Source: an uncultured Actinomycetes bacterium
Lineage (GTDB): Bacteria > Actinomycetota > Thermoleophilia > Solirubrobacterales > Solirubrobacteraceae
Reading direction: 5' to 3'
Assembly (NCBI GenBank): GCA_963830085.1
Contig: CAWHLF010000013.1
Coordinates: 60,808 to 124,807, forward strand
Length of the DNA stretch: 64,000 nt
Shown piece after piece: positions 1-8,491 of this stretch. A program made the position numbers and the translations under genes. The notes beneath the pieces were generated by a model that was not told the origin of the DNA, ran no database searches, and saw only the letters and a program-made list of their open reading frames with translations. Position 1 is the first letter of the stretch, and every line of letters starts with the position of its first letter.

Positions 1-377
1 GGCTCTTCGGCCGAGAGCTCGCCCGGATCGGGGCCGGACATGAACTCGTCCGGGATCACGAGCGTGCCGTCGGGCCGGTCGATGATCCCGTCCGGCGGCC
101 AGCGCTGCGGGTACGGCGGGCGCTTCCAGACCCACTGCTCGCCGCAGTAGGCGTAATGGAAGCGGATCGTCTTCAGCAGCGCCTTGCGATGATCGGGGCA
201 GGCATAGCGGCGCGGGCCGAGCAGTCCCCCGGCGTGCCAGACGAGCCACTTGCCGGGCATCGCGTCGATGAGCTCTCCGAACAGGTCCTCGCGGGTGGAC
301 GCCCCGATGGCGCTGCGCGTCGCATCGTCGGGCTTGACCCCGCAGATCGAGCACTGGAAGAAGTACTTCACCGCCAT
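1..377 (-). CDS. hypothetical Cys-rich protein, N-terminal part only (gene runs off the left edge)
   Basis: Manual minus-strand translation from ATG 377-375 gives MAVKYFFQCSICGVKPDDATRSAIGASTREDLFGELIDAMPGKWLVWHAGGLLGPRRYACPDHRKALLKTIRFHYAYCGEQWVWKRPPYPQRW... It stays open to nt 1, so it is absent from the ORF track. G/C third-position bias is strong. No family recognised. Confidence 0.45.
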   Translation of the reverse strand, partial: MAVKYFFQCSICGVKPDDATRSAIGASTREDLFGELIDAMPGKWLVWHAGGLLGPRRYACPDHRKALLKTIRFHYAYCGEQWVWKRPPYPQRWPPDGIIDRPDGTLVIPDEFMSGPDPGELSAEE

Positions 378-481
378 GCGTTCAAGCGTATGCCCGATCG
401 CAAGCCGGCGCTAGCGGCGTGGGCTGGAAATTCGACCCTGCCGCTATTGCGACTCTGTGGCAATGACGTTAGGTTGTCAGC

Positions 482-1489
482 ATGCCGGCCGGCTCGCTGA
501 TCCTGGCGCTCGTCCTCGTGGCGGCGGCGGCCCTCGCCGCCGGTTGCGGTGACGCCGGCGGCGACGGCTCCGCCGACGACGGGCGGCTTCGCATCGCGAC
601 GACGGTCGCCCCGATCACGAGCATCGTCGCGAACATCGGCGGCGACCGCGTGCGGATCACCGGCATCGTCCCGGAGGGGACGAACTCGCACACGTTCGAG
701 CCCAAGCCGAGCGTCGCCGAGCTGCTCTCGGAGGTCGACGTCCTCTACGTCAACGGCCTGAAGCTCGAGGAGCCGACGAAGGAGCTCGCCGAGCAGAACC
801 TCGGCGACGACGCGGAGATCGTCGAGCTCGGGACGAAGTCGATCGCGCCGAGCGAGTACGCCTACGACTTCTCGTTCCCGAAGTCCGGCGGCAAGCCCAA
901 CCCGCATCTCTGGACGGATCCGAAGTACGCGGTGAAGTACGCGCAGGTCGTCCGCGACGACCTCTCGCGCCGCGACCCCGCGAACGCGGCCGCCTACGAG
1001 TCGAACTTCAAGCGCTTCGCCGCGAGGGTCGACGCGCTCGACAAGGCGATGCGCGCGTCCTTCGACACGATCCCGCGCGCGAAGCGCAAGCTCCTGACCT
1101 ACCACGACGCGTACGCGTACTTCGCCCGCAGCTACGACTGGGACGTCATCGGCGCGATCCAGGTCTCCGACTTCGAGGATCCGACCGCCAAGGAGCTCGC
1201 GGCGCTCATCGACCAGGTGCGCGAGGAGAAGGTTCCGGCGATCTTCGGCTCCGAGGTCTTCCCGAGCCCGGTGCTCGAGCAGATCGGCAACGAGACCGGC
1301 GTGAAGTACGTCGACGTGCTGCGCGACGACGACCTTCCCGGCGAGCCCGGGGACGCCGAGCACTCCTGGCTGGGGCTCATGCACTTCGACTACGTGACGA
1401 TGACCGAGGCGCTCGGCGGCGACGCCTCGGAGCTGAAGGCCTTCAAGCCGCGAAACGCGGTCCCCGACACGGCGAGCTATCCGCAATGA
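482..1489 (+). CDS. znuA: metal ABC transporter substrate-binding lipoprotein (cluster A-I, ZnuA/TroA-like, probably Zn)
   Basis: 335-aa ORF with a lipobox (LAAGC). Metal-ligand motifs of the family are present: NSHTFEP, NPHLWTDP and YHDAYAYF (His at the third ligand position, as in Zn-type members). Followed by ATPase and permease genes, with a Fur-family gene adjacent. Confidence 0.85.
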   Translation: MPAGSLILALVLVAAAALAAGCGDAGGDGSADDGRLRIATTVAPITSIVANIGGDRVRITGIVPEGTNSHTFEPKPSVAELLSEVDVLYVNGLKLEEPTKELAEQNLGDDAEIVELGTKSIAPSEYAYDFSFPKSGGKPNPHLWTDPKYAVKYAQVVRDDLSRRDPANAAAYESNFKRFAARVDALDKAMRASFDTIPRAKRKLLTYHDAYAYFARSYDWDVIGAIQVSDFEDPTAKELAALIDQVREEKVPAIFGSEVFPSPVLEQIGNETGVKYVDVLRDDDLPGEPGDAEHSWLGLMHFDYVTMTEALGGDASELKAFKPRNAVPDTASYPQ

Positions 1490-2280
1490 CGCTCGTCGAG
1501 CTCGCCGGGGTGACCTACGGCTACGCGGCCGAGGCGGTCCTCGAGGACATCGACATCGCCGTCGGCTCGGGCGAGTTCGTCGGCATCGTCGGCCCGTCGG
1601 GGGCCGGCAAGACGACGGTGCTGCGGATCATCGCCGGCAGCCTGCGGCCCGCCCACGGGCGCGTCGAGCGCCGCGACGGCCTGCGGATGGCGTACGTCCC
1701 GCAGGTCGAGACGATCAACTGGAACTTCCCCGTGACCGTTCGCGAGTGCGTGCTCATGGCGCGCGTCGGCAGCGGGCGGCGGCTGCCGTGGTCCAGCCGC
1801 GCGGAGCGCGCCGAGGTCGAAGCGGTGCTCGCGCGACTCGACATCGGCGACCTCGCCGGCCGCCACATCCGCCAGCTCTCCGGCGGCCAGCAGCAGCGGG
1901 TCTTCATCGCACGGGCGCTGCTCGGCGAGCCCGAGCTCCTGCTCATGGACGAGCCGACGTCGGGCGTCGACGTCCGCCTGCGCCACGAGCTGCTGCACCT
2001 CCTCGACGACCTCCACGCGCGCGGCATCGCGATCGTCCTGACGACGCACGACCTCAACGGCATCGCCGCGCACCTGCCGCGCGTCGTGTGCCTCAACAAG
2101 GCCGTCATCGGAGACGGCGTGCCCCACCACGTCCTGACCGAGGACGTGCTCGAGCGCACGTACGGCGCGAGCATGGAGGTGCTCGTCCACGGCGGCATGC
2201 CGGTCGTCGTCGACAACTTCCGCCATCACGCGCCGCACCACGCGCCGCACCACGACCCCCATCACGAGGCGCACGCGTGA
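1486..2280 (+). CDS. znuC: metal ABC transporter ATP-binding protein with His-rich C-terminal tail
   Basis: Walker A GPSGAGKTT, signature LSGGQQQR and Walker B LLLMDEP. The start overlaps the znuA stop (ATGA). C-terminal tail is HHAPHHAPHHDPHHEAHA. Confidence 0.9.
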   Translation: MTLVELAGVTYGYAAEAVLEDIDIAVGSGEFVGIVGPSGAGKTTVLRIIAGSLRPAHGRVERRDGLRMAYVPQVETINWNFPVTVRECVLMARVGSGRRLPWSSRAERAEVEAVLARLDIGDLAGRHIRQLSGGQQQRVFIARALLGEPELLLMDEPTSGVDVRLRHELLHLLDDLHARGIAIVLTTHDLNGIAAHLPRVVCLNKAVIGDGVPHHVLTEDVLERTYGASMEVLVHGGMPVVVDNFRHHAPHHAPHHDPHHEAHA

Positions 2281-3131
2281 TCGACGAGCTCCTGCGCCCG
2301 TTCGACTTCGAGTTCTTCCGCAACGGGCTCATCGTCGCCACGATGGCCGGGGCGCTGTGCGGCGCGATCGGCGTCTACGTCGTCCTGAAGGGCATGAGCT
2401 ACATCGGCCATGGCCTGTCGCACGCGATCTTCGGCGGCTTCGCGGCGAGCGCGCTGCTCGGCGTGAACTTCCTGCTCGGCGCGGGGGCGTGGGGGATCGC
2501 CTCGGCGCTCATGGTCAACGGCGTGACGCGGCGGCGCGTCATCGGCTCGGACGCCGCGATCGGCGTCATCACGACGGCCTCGTTCGCGCTGGGCCTCGCG
2601 CTCTTCGCGCTCTTCGGCCGCGCCGGGACGAACTTCGACGCCGCGCTCTTCGGCAGCATCCTCGGCGTCGGGACCGACGACGTCATCGCGATCGCGGTCG
2701 TGAGCCTGCTCGCCGGGGCGCTGATCTTCCTGCGCTACCGCGCGCTGCTGTTCTCGACGTTCGACCCCGAGGTCGCCGACGTCGCCGGCGTCAACACCGC
2801 CCGGATGGACGCCGTGCTGACGGTCGTCCTCGCGTGCTCGATCCTCGCGACGATGCAGGTCCTCGGCGTGACGCTCATCGCCGCCGTGCTCGTCATCCCG
2901 GCCGCGGTCGCGCGGATGCTGACGAACTCGTTCGCGCGGATGCTGCAGCTCGCGACCGGGATCGGCGCGGTGTGCGGCTTCGTCGGGATGAACCTCAGCT
3001 ACCACCTCGACATCCAGTCCGGTCCGACGATCGTGCTCGTCGCGGCGACGCTCTTCGCGGCCGTCTTCCTCGCGACCGGCATCACCGGCCGGCGGCGCGC
3101 GGCCGGGCTCGTCGCCGCCGGCGGTCGCTAG
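2277..3131 (+). CDS. znuB: metal ABC transporter permease (ZnuB/MntD-like)
   Basis: GTG at 2277 overlaps the znuC stop (GTGA). It lies in frame inside track ORF 1746..3131. Polytopic sequence: VIDELLRPFDFEFFRNGLIVATMAG...SYIGHGLSHAIFGG... Confidence 0.85.
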   Translation: MIDELLRPFDFEFFRNGLIVATMAGALCGAIGVYVVLKGMSYIGHGLSHAIFGGFAASALLGVNFLLGAGAWGIASALMVNGVTRRRVIGSDAAIGVITTASFALGLALFALFGRAGTNFDAALFGSILGVGTDDVIAIAVVSLLAGALIFLRYRALLFSTFDPEVADVAGVNTARMDAVLTVVLACSILATMQVLGVTLIAAVLVIPAAVARMLTNSFARMLQLATGIGAVCGFVGMNLSYHLDIQSGPTIVLVAATLFAAVFLATGITGRRRAAGLVAAGGR

Positions 3132-3604
3132 CTCGCGCGCTTCTCGGCGCAGCGCGGGCAGAGCCCGACGATCGGGAAGTGCGAGAAGCGGGCCTGGAAG
3201 CCCGACAGCTCGCGGATCTCGTCGCGCACGCCGTCGAGGGCCGCGGGCTCGACGGACTCCAGGGCGCCGCAGGACTCGCAGGCGAGGTACTCGCGGTCGC
3301 CGAAGCCCGTCAGCACGTAGCGGCCCGGGCCGTGGCCGGCATGGAAGTGGCGCACGAGGCCGAGCTCGCCGAGCGTCTCGAGGTTGCGGTAGACCGACGC
3401 GATGTCGGACTGCGTCATGCGGCCGCCGAGGCCGTCGGCGATGTCCTCGGCGGAGATCGGCTCACCCGCCGCCAGCAGCGCCTCGAGCACGAGCCGGCGC
3501 GCCGAGGTCAGGCGCAGGCCGCCGCGCCGGACGACCTCGATCGCCTCCTCCAGATCGGTGACGACGACGGGCTTGCGGTCCGGCGAGACGGTCACGCCGA
3601 GCAA
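3128..3604 (-). CDS. zur: Fur-family metalloregulator (Zur-like)
   Basis: 158 aa. Winged-helix N-domain (RLTSARRLVLEALL...SAEDI), then HFHAGH and CESC...CPRC metal sites. Convergent with znuB; the two stop codons share the tetranucleotide CTAG at 3128-3131. Confidence 0.8.
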   Translation of the reverse strand: MLGVTVSPDRKPVVVTDLEEAIEVVRRGGLRLTSARRLVLEALLAAGEPISAEDIADGLGGRMTQSDIASVYRNLETLGELGLVRHFHAGHGPGRYVLTGFGDREYLACESCGALESVEPAALDGVRDEIRELSGFQARFSHFPIVGLCPRCAEKRAS

Positions 3605-3613
3605 CGTAGCGCA

Positions 3614-3796
3614 TCAATCCTCCTCCGGAGGATGCAGCAGCGCGCCGACGATGCCGCTCGCGAACATGGCCAGGACGAGCAGCGAGACGAAGGTCAGGAC
3701 GCTGACGCCGGACGTCACGACGACGTAGACGGTGAGCGACGCGAGGATCGCGATGAACAGGAGCGCGGCGCCGAGGATGACGGCGCGCGCCCGCAT
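3614..3796 (-). CDS. small two-TM membrane protein (60 aa), hypothetical
   Basis: MRARAVILGAALLFIAILASLTVYVVVTSGVSVLTFVSLLVLAMFASGIVGALLHPPEED. Its ATG overlaps the rhomboid stop (ATGA at 3794-3798), which suggests translational coupling. Confidence 0.5.
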   Translation of the reverse strand: MRARAVILGAALLFIAILASLTVYVVVTSGVSVLTFVSLLVLAMFASGIVGALLHPPEED

Positions 3797-4569
3797 CAAT
3801 AGACGGGGTACTTCGGCGGCGGCGAGTAGTCCTTGTCGCGATTGGCGAAGAGCTTGATCGCCAGCATCCCGAAGACGAAGCCGCCGATGTGGGCGAAGTA
3901 CGCGACGCCGCCGCCACCACCGACCGGGTTGGAGACCTCGTAGAAGCCGAAGAAGAGCTGCTGGAGGAACCAGAAGCCGAGGATGAGCATCGCCGGCAGT
4001 TCGAGGATCGTGAAGAAGAAGACGATGAAGATGAGCGTGACGACCCGGGCGCGGGGATAGAGCAGGATGTAGCCGCCGAGCACGGCCGCGACCGCTCCGG
4101 AGGCGCCGATCGTCGGCACCGCGGCGTTCGGCTCGACGGCGACCTGGAGCGCGATCGCCGCGAGGCCGCCGAGGAGGTAGAAGACGACGAACCGGATCGG
4201 GCCCATCGAGTCCTCGACGTTGTTGCCGAAGATCCAGAGGAACAGCATGTTGCCCGCGAGGTGCAGGATGCTGCCGTGCATGAACATCGAGCTGAAGACC
4301 GTGAGGATCGTCGGCGGCTGGTCGGGCGCCTGCCCGACGACGCCGGGCTGGCCCTCGCAGGCGAGCACCTGCCCGGCGATCGCGCACTCGTCGCCGGGAT
4401 GGGTGATCTCGTAGGGGATCGCGCCCCAGTCGACGACGATCGCATCGTCCGGGCCGCTGAGCACGCCGCCCTTCTGCAGCGCGAAGTAGACGATGACGTT
4501 GATGACGATCAGCGCGATCGTGATGATCGGCGTGCGATCCGTCGGGATGTTGTCCTTGAGCGGGAACAC
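3796..4569 (-). CDS. rhomboid-family intramembrane serine protease
   Basis: 257 aa. Motifs: HGSILHLAGNMLFLWIFG, catalytic GASGAV and HIGGFVFG. Multi-TM. Confidence 0.9.
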   Translation of the reverse strand: MFPLKDNIPTDRTPIITIALIVINVIVYFALQKGGVLSGPDDAIVVDWGAIPYEITHPGDECAIAGQVLACEGQPGVVGQAPDQPPTILTVFSSMFMHGSILHLAGNMLFLWIFGNNVEDSMGPIRFVVFYLLGGLAAIALQVAVEPNAAVPTIGASGAVAAVLGGYILLYPRARVVTLIFIVFFFTILELPAMLILGFWFLQQLFFGFYEVSNPVGGGGGVAYFAHIGGFVFGMLAIKLFANRDKDYSPPPKYPVY

Positions 4570-4619
4570 GCGCCGTCGGATCCGACCCTACCCAGCTTGC
4601 GGCGCGGGCAGCGGCGGAC

Positions 4620-5196
4620 TCAGGGGCGCCGGGGACAGGCGAGATGCGCCTGCACGGTCGCCATGAGGTCGTCGGGGACGCCGCCCGGATCGATGAGGCG
4701 CTCGAGGGCGAGACCGTTGGAGAGCGCGAGCGTCACGATCGACCAGCGCTCAGAGCCGAGCGGGTGCTCGGCCGGCATGAGCTCCGCGAGGCTCTCGCGC
4801 ATGCGCCGGTAGCGTTCGGAGAACGCGTCGAGCAGTTCGGGCTCGCGCGCGGCGTGCAGCCAGAACTCGATCGCCAGCAGCAGGAAGCGCGCGTTGTCCT
4901 TGTCGACCGGCTGGCGAGCGAGGGCGTCGAGGAGGTCCTCGGGACGCGCCTCGATGAGCTCGCGGATCTCGCGCAGGCGGCGGTCCATCATCTCGTCGAA
5001 GAACGCGAGGAAGAGGCCGCCCTTGCTCTTGAACGTCGAGTAGACGGCGCCCTTCGTGTAGCCGGCCTCGTCGGCGATGTCGTCGAGCGTCGTGCCGTGG
5101 TAGCCGTGCTCGAAGAAGCGCCGCTCGGCCGCCTGCGAGCAGCTCGCGGCGCGTCTGCGCGGTCCGTTCGTCGCGCGTCAGCCGGGTGGTCGACAT
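4620..5196 (-). pseudogene. TetR-family transcriptional regulator, frame-disrupted near 5133
   Basis: ATG at 5196 gives MSTTRLTRDERTAQTRRELLA. After one extra nt near 5133 the HTH continues in the next frame: AAERRFFEHGYHGTTLDDIADEAGYTKGAVYSTFKSKGGLFLAFFDEMMDRRL... That frame joins track ORF 4620..4991, the TetR C-domain. Confidence 0.8.
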
Positions 5197-5976
5197 CGCC
5201 GGCTCATGGGCTTGGATCGGACGAGCGTCGCCTCGCGTAGCGGCTGGAGCCACTCGGGCGGCAGGATGCGGCCCAGATGGCCGTGGTAGTCGGGCGCGAC
5301 GCGGCGGGCGAGCGCGGCGGCCGGGCGGCCCTCGACGAACGGGGCGACGTCCTCGGACAGCATGAGCAGCCGAGACGTTCGACGCGATCTGGAAATCGGC
5401 GGCGTTGAGCTCTTCGCCGCCGAGCAGGCCCTCCTCGATCCAGGCGTCGATCCGGTCCAGGCGCTCGGGCAGCAGCCGCAGATCCTCCTCGCCGGCGGGA
5501 TCGGAGGCCCGGTGGGCGCCGGTCGCGAGGCGGATGACGAGCGGCGCCGACGCGCGCAGGACGAGGCGCATGAGCGGCCCGCGCTCGGCCGTCATGAGGC
5601 TCGTGAACGCGCGGTGGTCGCGCCTCGCCGCGCAGTAGAAGATGCGGCGCGTCGCGTTCTGGAACTCCTCGCCCCAGCGCTCGGCCTCCTCGACCGCGCG
5701 CCGGCGGACGGGGTCGGCCGGGAACAGCGGCGGCTCGGGCACGACCTCGTCGAGCGCGCGGGCGATCCAGCGCGTGCCCTGGACCCGGCGCCCGTCGATC
5801 TTCAGCGCGGGCACGCTCATCGAGGGGAAGCCGAGCGCGAGCATGACGAACGCGTGCGGCCCCGGCATGAGCTTGCGGACCCGGTACTCGAGGCCCTTGT
5901 GCTCGAGCATGAGGCGCCCGGTGTAGACGGCGTTCGAGCCAGGGAACATGTAGAGCTTGACCTTGTGGTCCGGCAC
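5178..5976 (-). pseudogene. glutathione S-transferase-like protein, frame-disrupted near 5372
   Basis: GTG 5976 is preceded by GGGGAGGAG. Sequence: VPDHKVKLYMFPGSNAVYTGRLMLEHKGLEY...SVPALKIDGRRVQGTRWIARAL...NAADFQIASNV. It continues after a 1-nt shift as (R)LLMLSEDVAPFVEGRPAAALARRV..., which is track ORF 5178..5363. Confidence 0.65.
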
Positions 5977-6002
5977 GGCGCTCCTCCCCGATGACGACAG
6001 AC

Positions 6003-6033
6003 GTACCGTCGGTACGCCGATACCGTCGGTATC
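6003..6033. promoter_or_regulatory. tandem palindromic operator candidate (GTACCGTCGGTAC / GATACCGTCGGTATC)
   Basis: The 11-bp palindrome TACCG-T-CGGTA occurs twice, at 6004-6014 and 6021-6031. The copies sit 17 bp centre to centre, 15-50 nt upstream of the RBS of the GST-like/TetR gene pair. Confidence 0.55.
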
Positions 6034-6038
6034 TGTAG

Positions 6039-7038
6039 TCAAGCAGAACGCGACGATGAGCTGCGCCGCGAGCGGGCCGCTGCCCGGCTCGTCCTGCGCG
6101 ACGTGCTGGTCGGCGTGGTAGCTCGAGCGCACGAGCGGGCCGGCCGCGATGTGGTCGAAGCCGAGCTCGTAGGCGGCCTGCTCGAGCGCCTTGAACTCGT
6201 CCGGGTGCCAGTAGCGGACGACCGGCAGGTGGCGCTCGGTCGGGCGCAGGTACTGGCCGACGGTGAGCACCTGGACGCCGTGCTCGCGCAGGATGCCGAA
6301 CGCCTCGACCATCTCCTCGTGCGTCTCGCCGAGGCCGACCATGAGGCCCGACTTCGTCGTGACCGCGTCGCCGCCCATCTCCTTGGCGTTGCGCAGGACG
6401 CGGCAGGAGCGCTCGAAGCGCGACCCGCGGCGCGCGACCGGATACAGCCGCGGCACGACCTCGACGTTGTGGTTGAAGACGTCGGGGCGCTCGGCGACGA
6501 CCTTCGCCAGCGGCATCTCCTGGCCGCGGAAGTCGGGGGTCAGGACCTCGACCTTGCAGCGCGGCGCCTGGCTGCGGATCTGGCGGATGACGCCGACGAA
6601 CGCGCTCGCGCCATAGTCCGGGAGGTCGTCGCGGTCGACCGAGGTGATGACGGCGTGGCGCAGGCCCATCTTCGCGATCGAGCGCGCGACGCGCGCGGGC
6701 TCGAGCGGGTCGTTCCAGGTCGGCTTGCCGGTGCGGACGTTGCAGAAGCCGCAGCGCCGCGTGCAGGTGTCGCCGAGGATCATGAACGTCGCGGTGCCGC
6801 GCTCCCAGCACTCGCCGACGTTCGGGCAGGCGGCCTCCTGGCAGACGGTGTGGAGGTTCTCGTCCTTGATGAGCTTCGTGAGCTCGCGGTACTTCTCGCC
6901 GCCGGGCGCCGGCACCTTGAACCAGGGCGGCTTGCGCTCGCGCAAGGGGCGCACGTCGGGGCCGAGGACGCTCAGGACGTCCATCCCGCCGGGGTTCGAG
7001 CGCGACCGCGTGGAGAGGCGGCGTTCGTCGGTGGCCAT
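6039..7038 (-). CDS. lipA: lipoyl synthase; 3' end uncertain (no in-frame stop)
   Basis: Radical-SAM and auxiliary clusters are present: CQEAACPNVGEC and CTRRCGFCNV, ending ...GPLVRSSYHAD. The frame has no stop until 4750 (track ORF 4750..7038). The nearest stop, TGA at 6039-6041, is in the +1 frame. Confidence 0.85.
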
Positions 7039-7065
7039 GCTTCGAGAGTAGCGGCCGGGCGGCCT

Positions 7066-7786
7066 TTAGCCCGGACGGCAGATGTAGATGAGATCGGACG
7101 CCAGCAGGCCGAGGCGGGCGGCGGCGCGCGGCCCGAGCTCGGCGTGGAGGTCGGCGGTCTCGACGGCGAAGCCCGCGTCCGCGAGCCGCTGCGCGATGTC
7201 GGGCGCGTAGAGGCGGACGTGGTCGTGCCTGGAGGAACTCGCGGCGGCGGTCCTCGGGGCTCGTGACCGAGGGGTCCTCGTACGTCGTCGCGCGGTGCAG
7301 CGCGAGCGGGACCATGACGAGCGTGAAGCCGCCCGGCGCCGTGATCCGGCGCAGCTCGGCCATCGCCGCGCGATCGTCGGGGACGTGCTCGAGGACGTGC
7401 GAGCACAGGACGGCGTCGAAGGCGTCGTCGGGCAGGTCGATCGCCGTGACGTCGAGGCGCAGGTCGACGTCGCCGCGGGCGGGGTCGAGGTCGGTCGTGA
7501 CGTAGCGCAGGCCGGGCAGCGCCTCGAGCTTGCGCCGCAGGCACCACTCGGGTGAGAAGTGCAGCAGCGATCGCGCGCCGGCCAGCAGCTCGGGGCGGCG
7601 CTCGAGCAGGAGCCACTGCGCGCGATGGCGCTCGTGCGAGCCGCAGCGCCAGCAGAGCGCGTTCGGGCGGTTCCAGTCGTCCTTGAAGTGGTGAAAGCCC
7701 TTGTCGCAGAGCGGGCAGTACACGGCGCTGCCGCGATGGCGCGCGGTCGCGGCGCGCACGCGGACGGCATCGAGCACGCGGCTCAT
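7066..7786 (-). pseudogene. class I SAM-dependent methyltransferase with N-terminal Zn-ribbon, frame-disrupted near 7231
   Basis: MSRVLDAV...CPLCDKGFHHFKDDWNRPNALCWRCGSHERH...LLHFSPE...DAVLCSHVLEHVPDD...ITAPGGFTLVMVP...SPEDRRREFLQ. After a 1-nt shift it continues HDHVRLYAPDIAQRLADAGFAVE...DLIYICRPG (track ORF 7066..7770). The ATG overlaps the lipB stop (ATGA). Confidence 0.75.
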
Positions 7787-8491
7787 GCGGGCGCGGGCAG
7801 CGCGGGGGCCAGCTCGTCGAGGGCCGCGAGCTCGACGTCGCGCGGGCCGCGCTCGAAGGCCTCCGCGAAGCGCCGGGCGATGCTCGCCCGCACGGCGGGC
7901 AGCGGCAGCTCGGTCGCGTCGGCGCGCGTCTCCTCGACGACCGACGTCATCTGCACGCCCGTCGAGACCGCACGCGACGACCCAGCCGAACGGCTGCAGG
8001 TCGTTCTGGACGTTGATCGCGAAGCCGTGCGTCGTGACGCCGCGCGAGACGTGGACGCCGATCGACGCGATCTTGCGGTCGGCGGTCCAGACGCCGGTGA
8101 AGTCCGGTCCCTCGTCGGGCCGCGCGCGGGCGGTCACGCCGACGTCCGCGAGCGTCGCGACGATCGCGCGCTCCATCGTGCGCAGGTAGGCGATGACGTC
8201 GTCGATCGCCATGATCGGATAGCCGACGAGCTGGCCCGGGCCGTGGTAGGTCACGCGGCCGCCGCGGACGGTGTCGACGACGTCGATCCCCTGGGTGCGA
8301 TACCAGGCCTCGCCCATCGGCAGCTCGCTGGGATCCGAGCGGCGCCCGCGCGTGTAGACCGGCGGGTGCTCGAGCAGCAGCAGCGTGTCGGGGATGGCGC
8401 CGGCCTGCCGCGCGGCGCGCACGCGCTCCTGCAGCGCGAGCGCGTCGCGGTACTCGATCGTCCCGACGCTGCAGACCCAGAGCTCCGTCAT
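7783..8491 (-). pseudogene. lipB: octanoyltransferase LipB, frame-disrupted at the C-run 7958-7960
   Basis: MTELWVCSVGTIEYRDALALQERV...LLLLEHPPVYTRGRRS...VTYHGPGQLVGYPI...KIASIGVHVSRGVTTHGFAINV...ACGLDG. After a 1-nt shift it continues VQMTSVVEETRADATELPLPAVRASIARRFAEAFE...APALPAPA*. Confidence 0.85.

Noticed and set aside
156-500. 114-aa plus-strand ORF at the left edge
   Set aside because: It is antisense to a better-supported minus-strand coding frame (1-377) and runs through the znuA promoter region. It has no recognisable family and poor codon-position GC pattern.
3128-3131. Shared CTAG stop of convergent znuB and zur as a regulatory feature
   Set aside because: It is a palindromic stop-stop overlap that arises easily by chance. 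No additional structure supports a function.
5365-5380. Two inferred insertion sites (here and at 36833-36842) create type IIS restriction sites (CGTCTC, GGTCTC), hinting at engineered sequence
   Set aside because: Only two of about 25 sites show this. Such 6-mers are expected by chance in GC-rich DNA, and the exact inserted base cannot be determined. I treat it as coincidence.
4750-7038. 762-aa ORF that would be a LipA-GST-TetR fusion protein
   Set aside because: LipA, the GST-like gene (with its own SD and GTG at 5976) and the TetR gene are separate units. An operator-like intergenic region lies at 6003-6033. The fusion exists only because no stop happens to occur in that frame.
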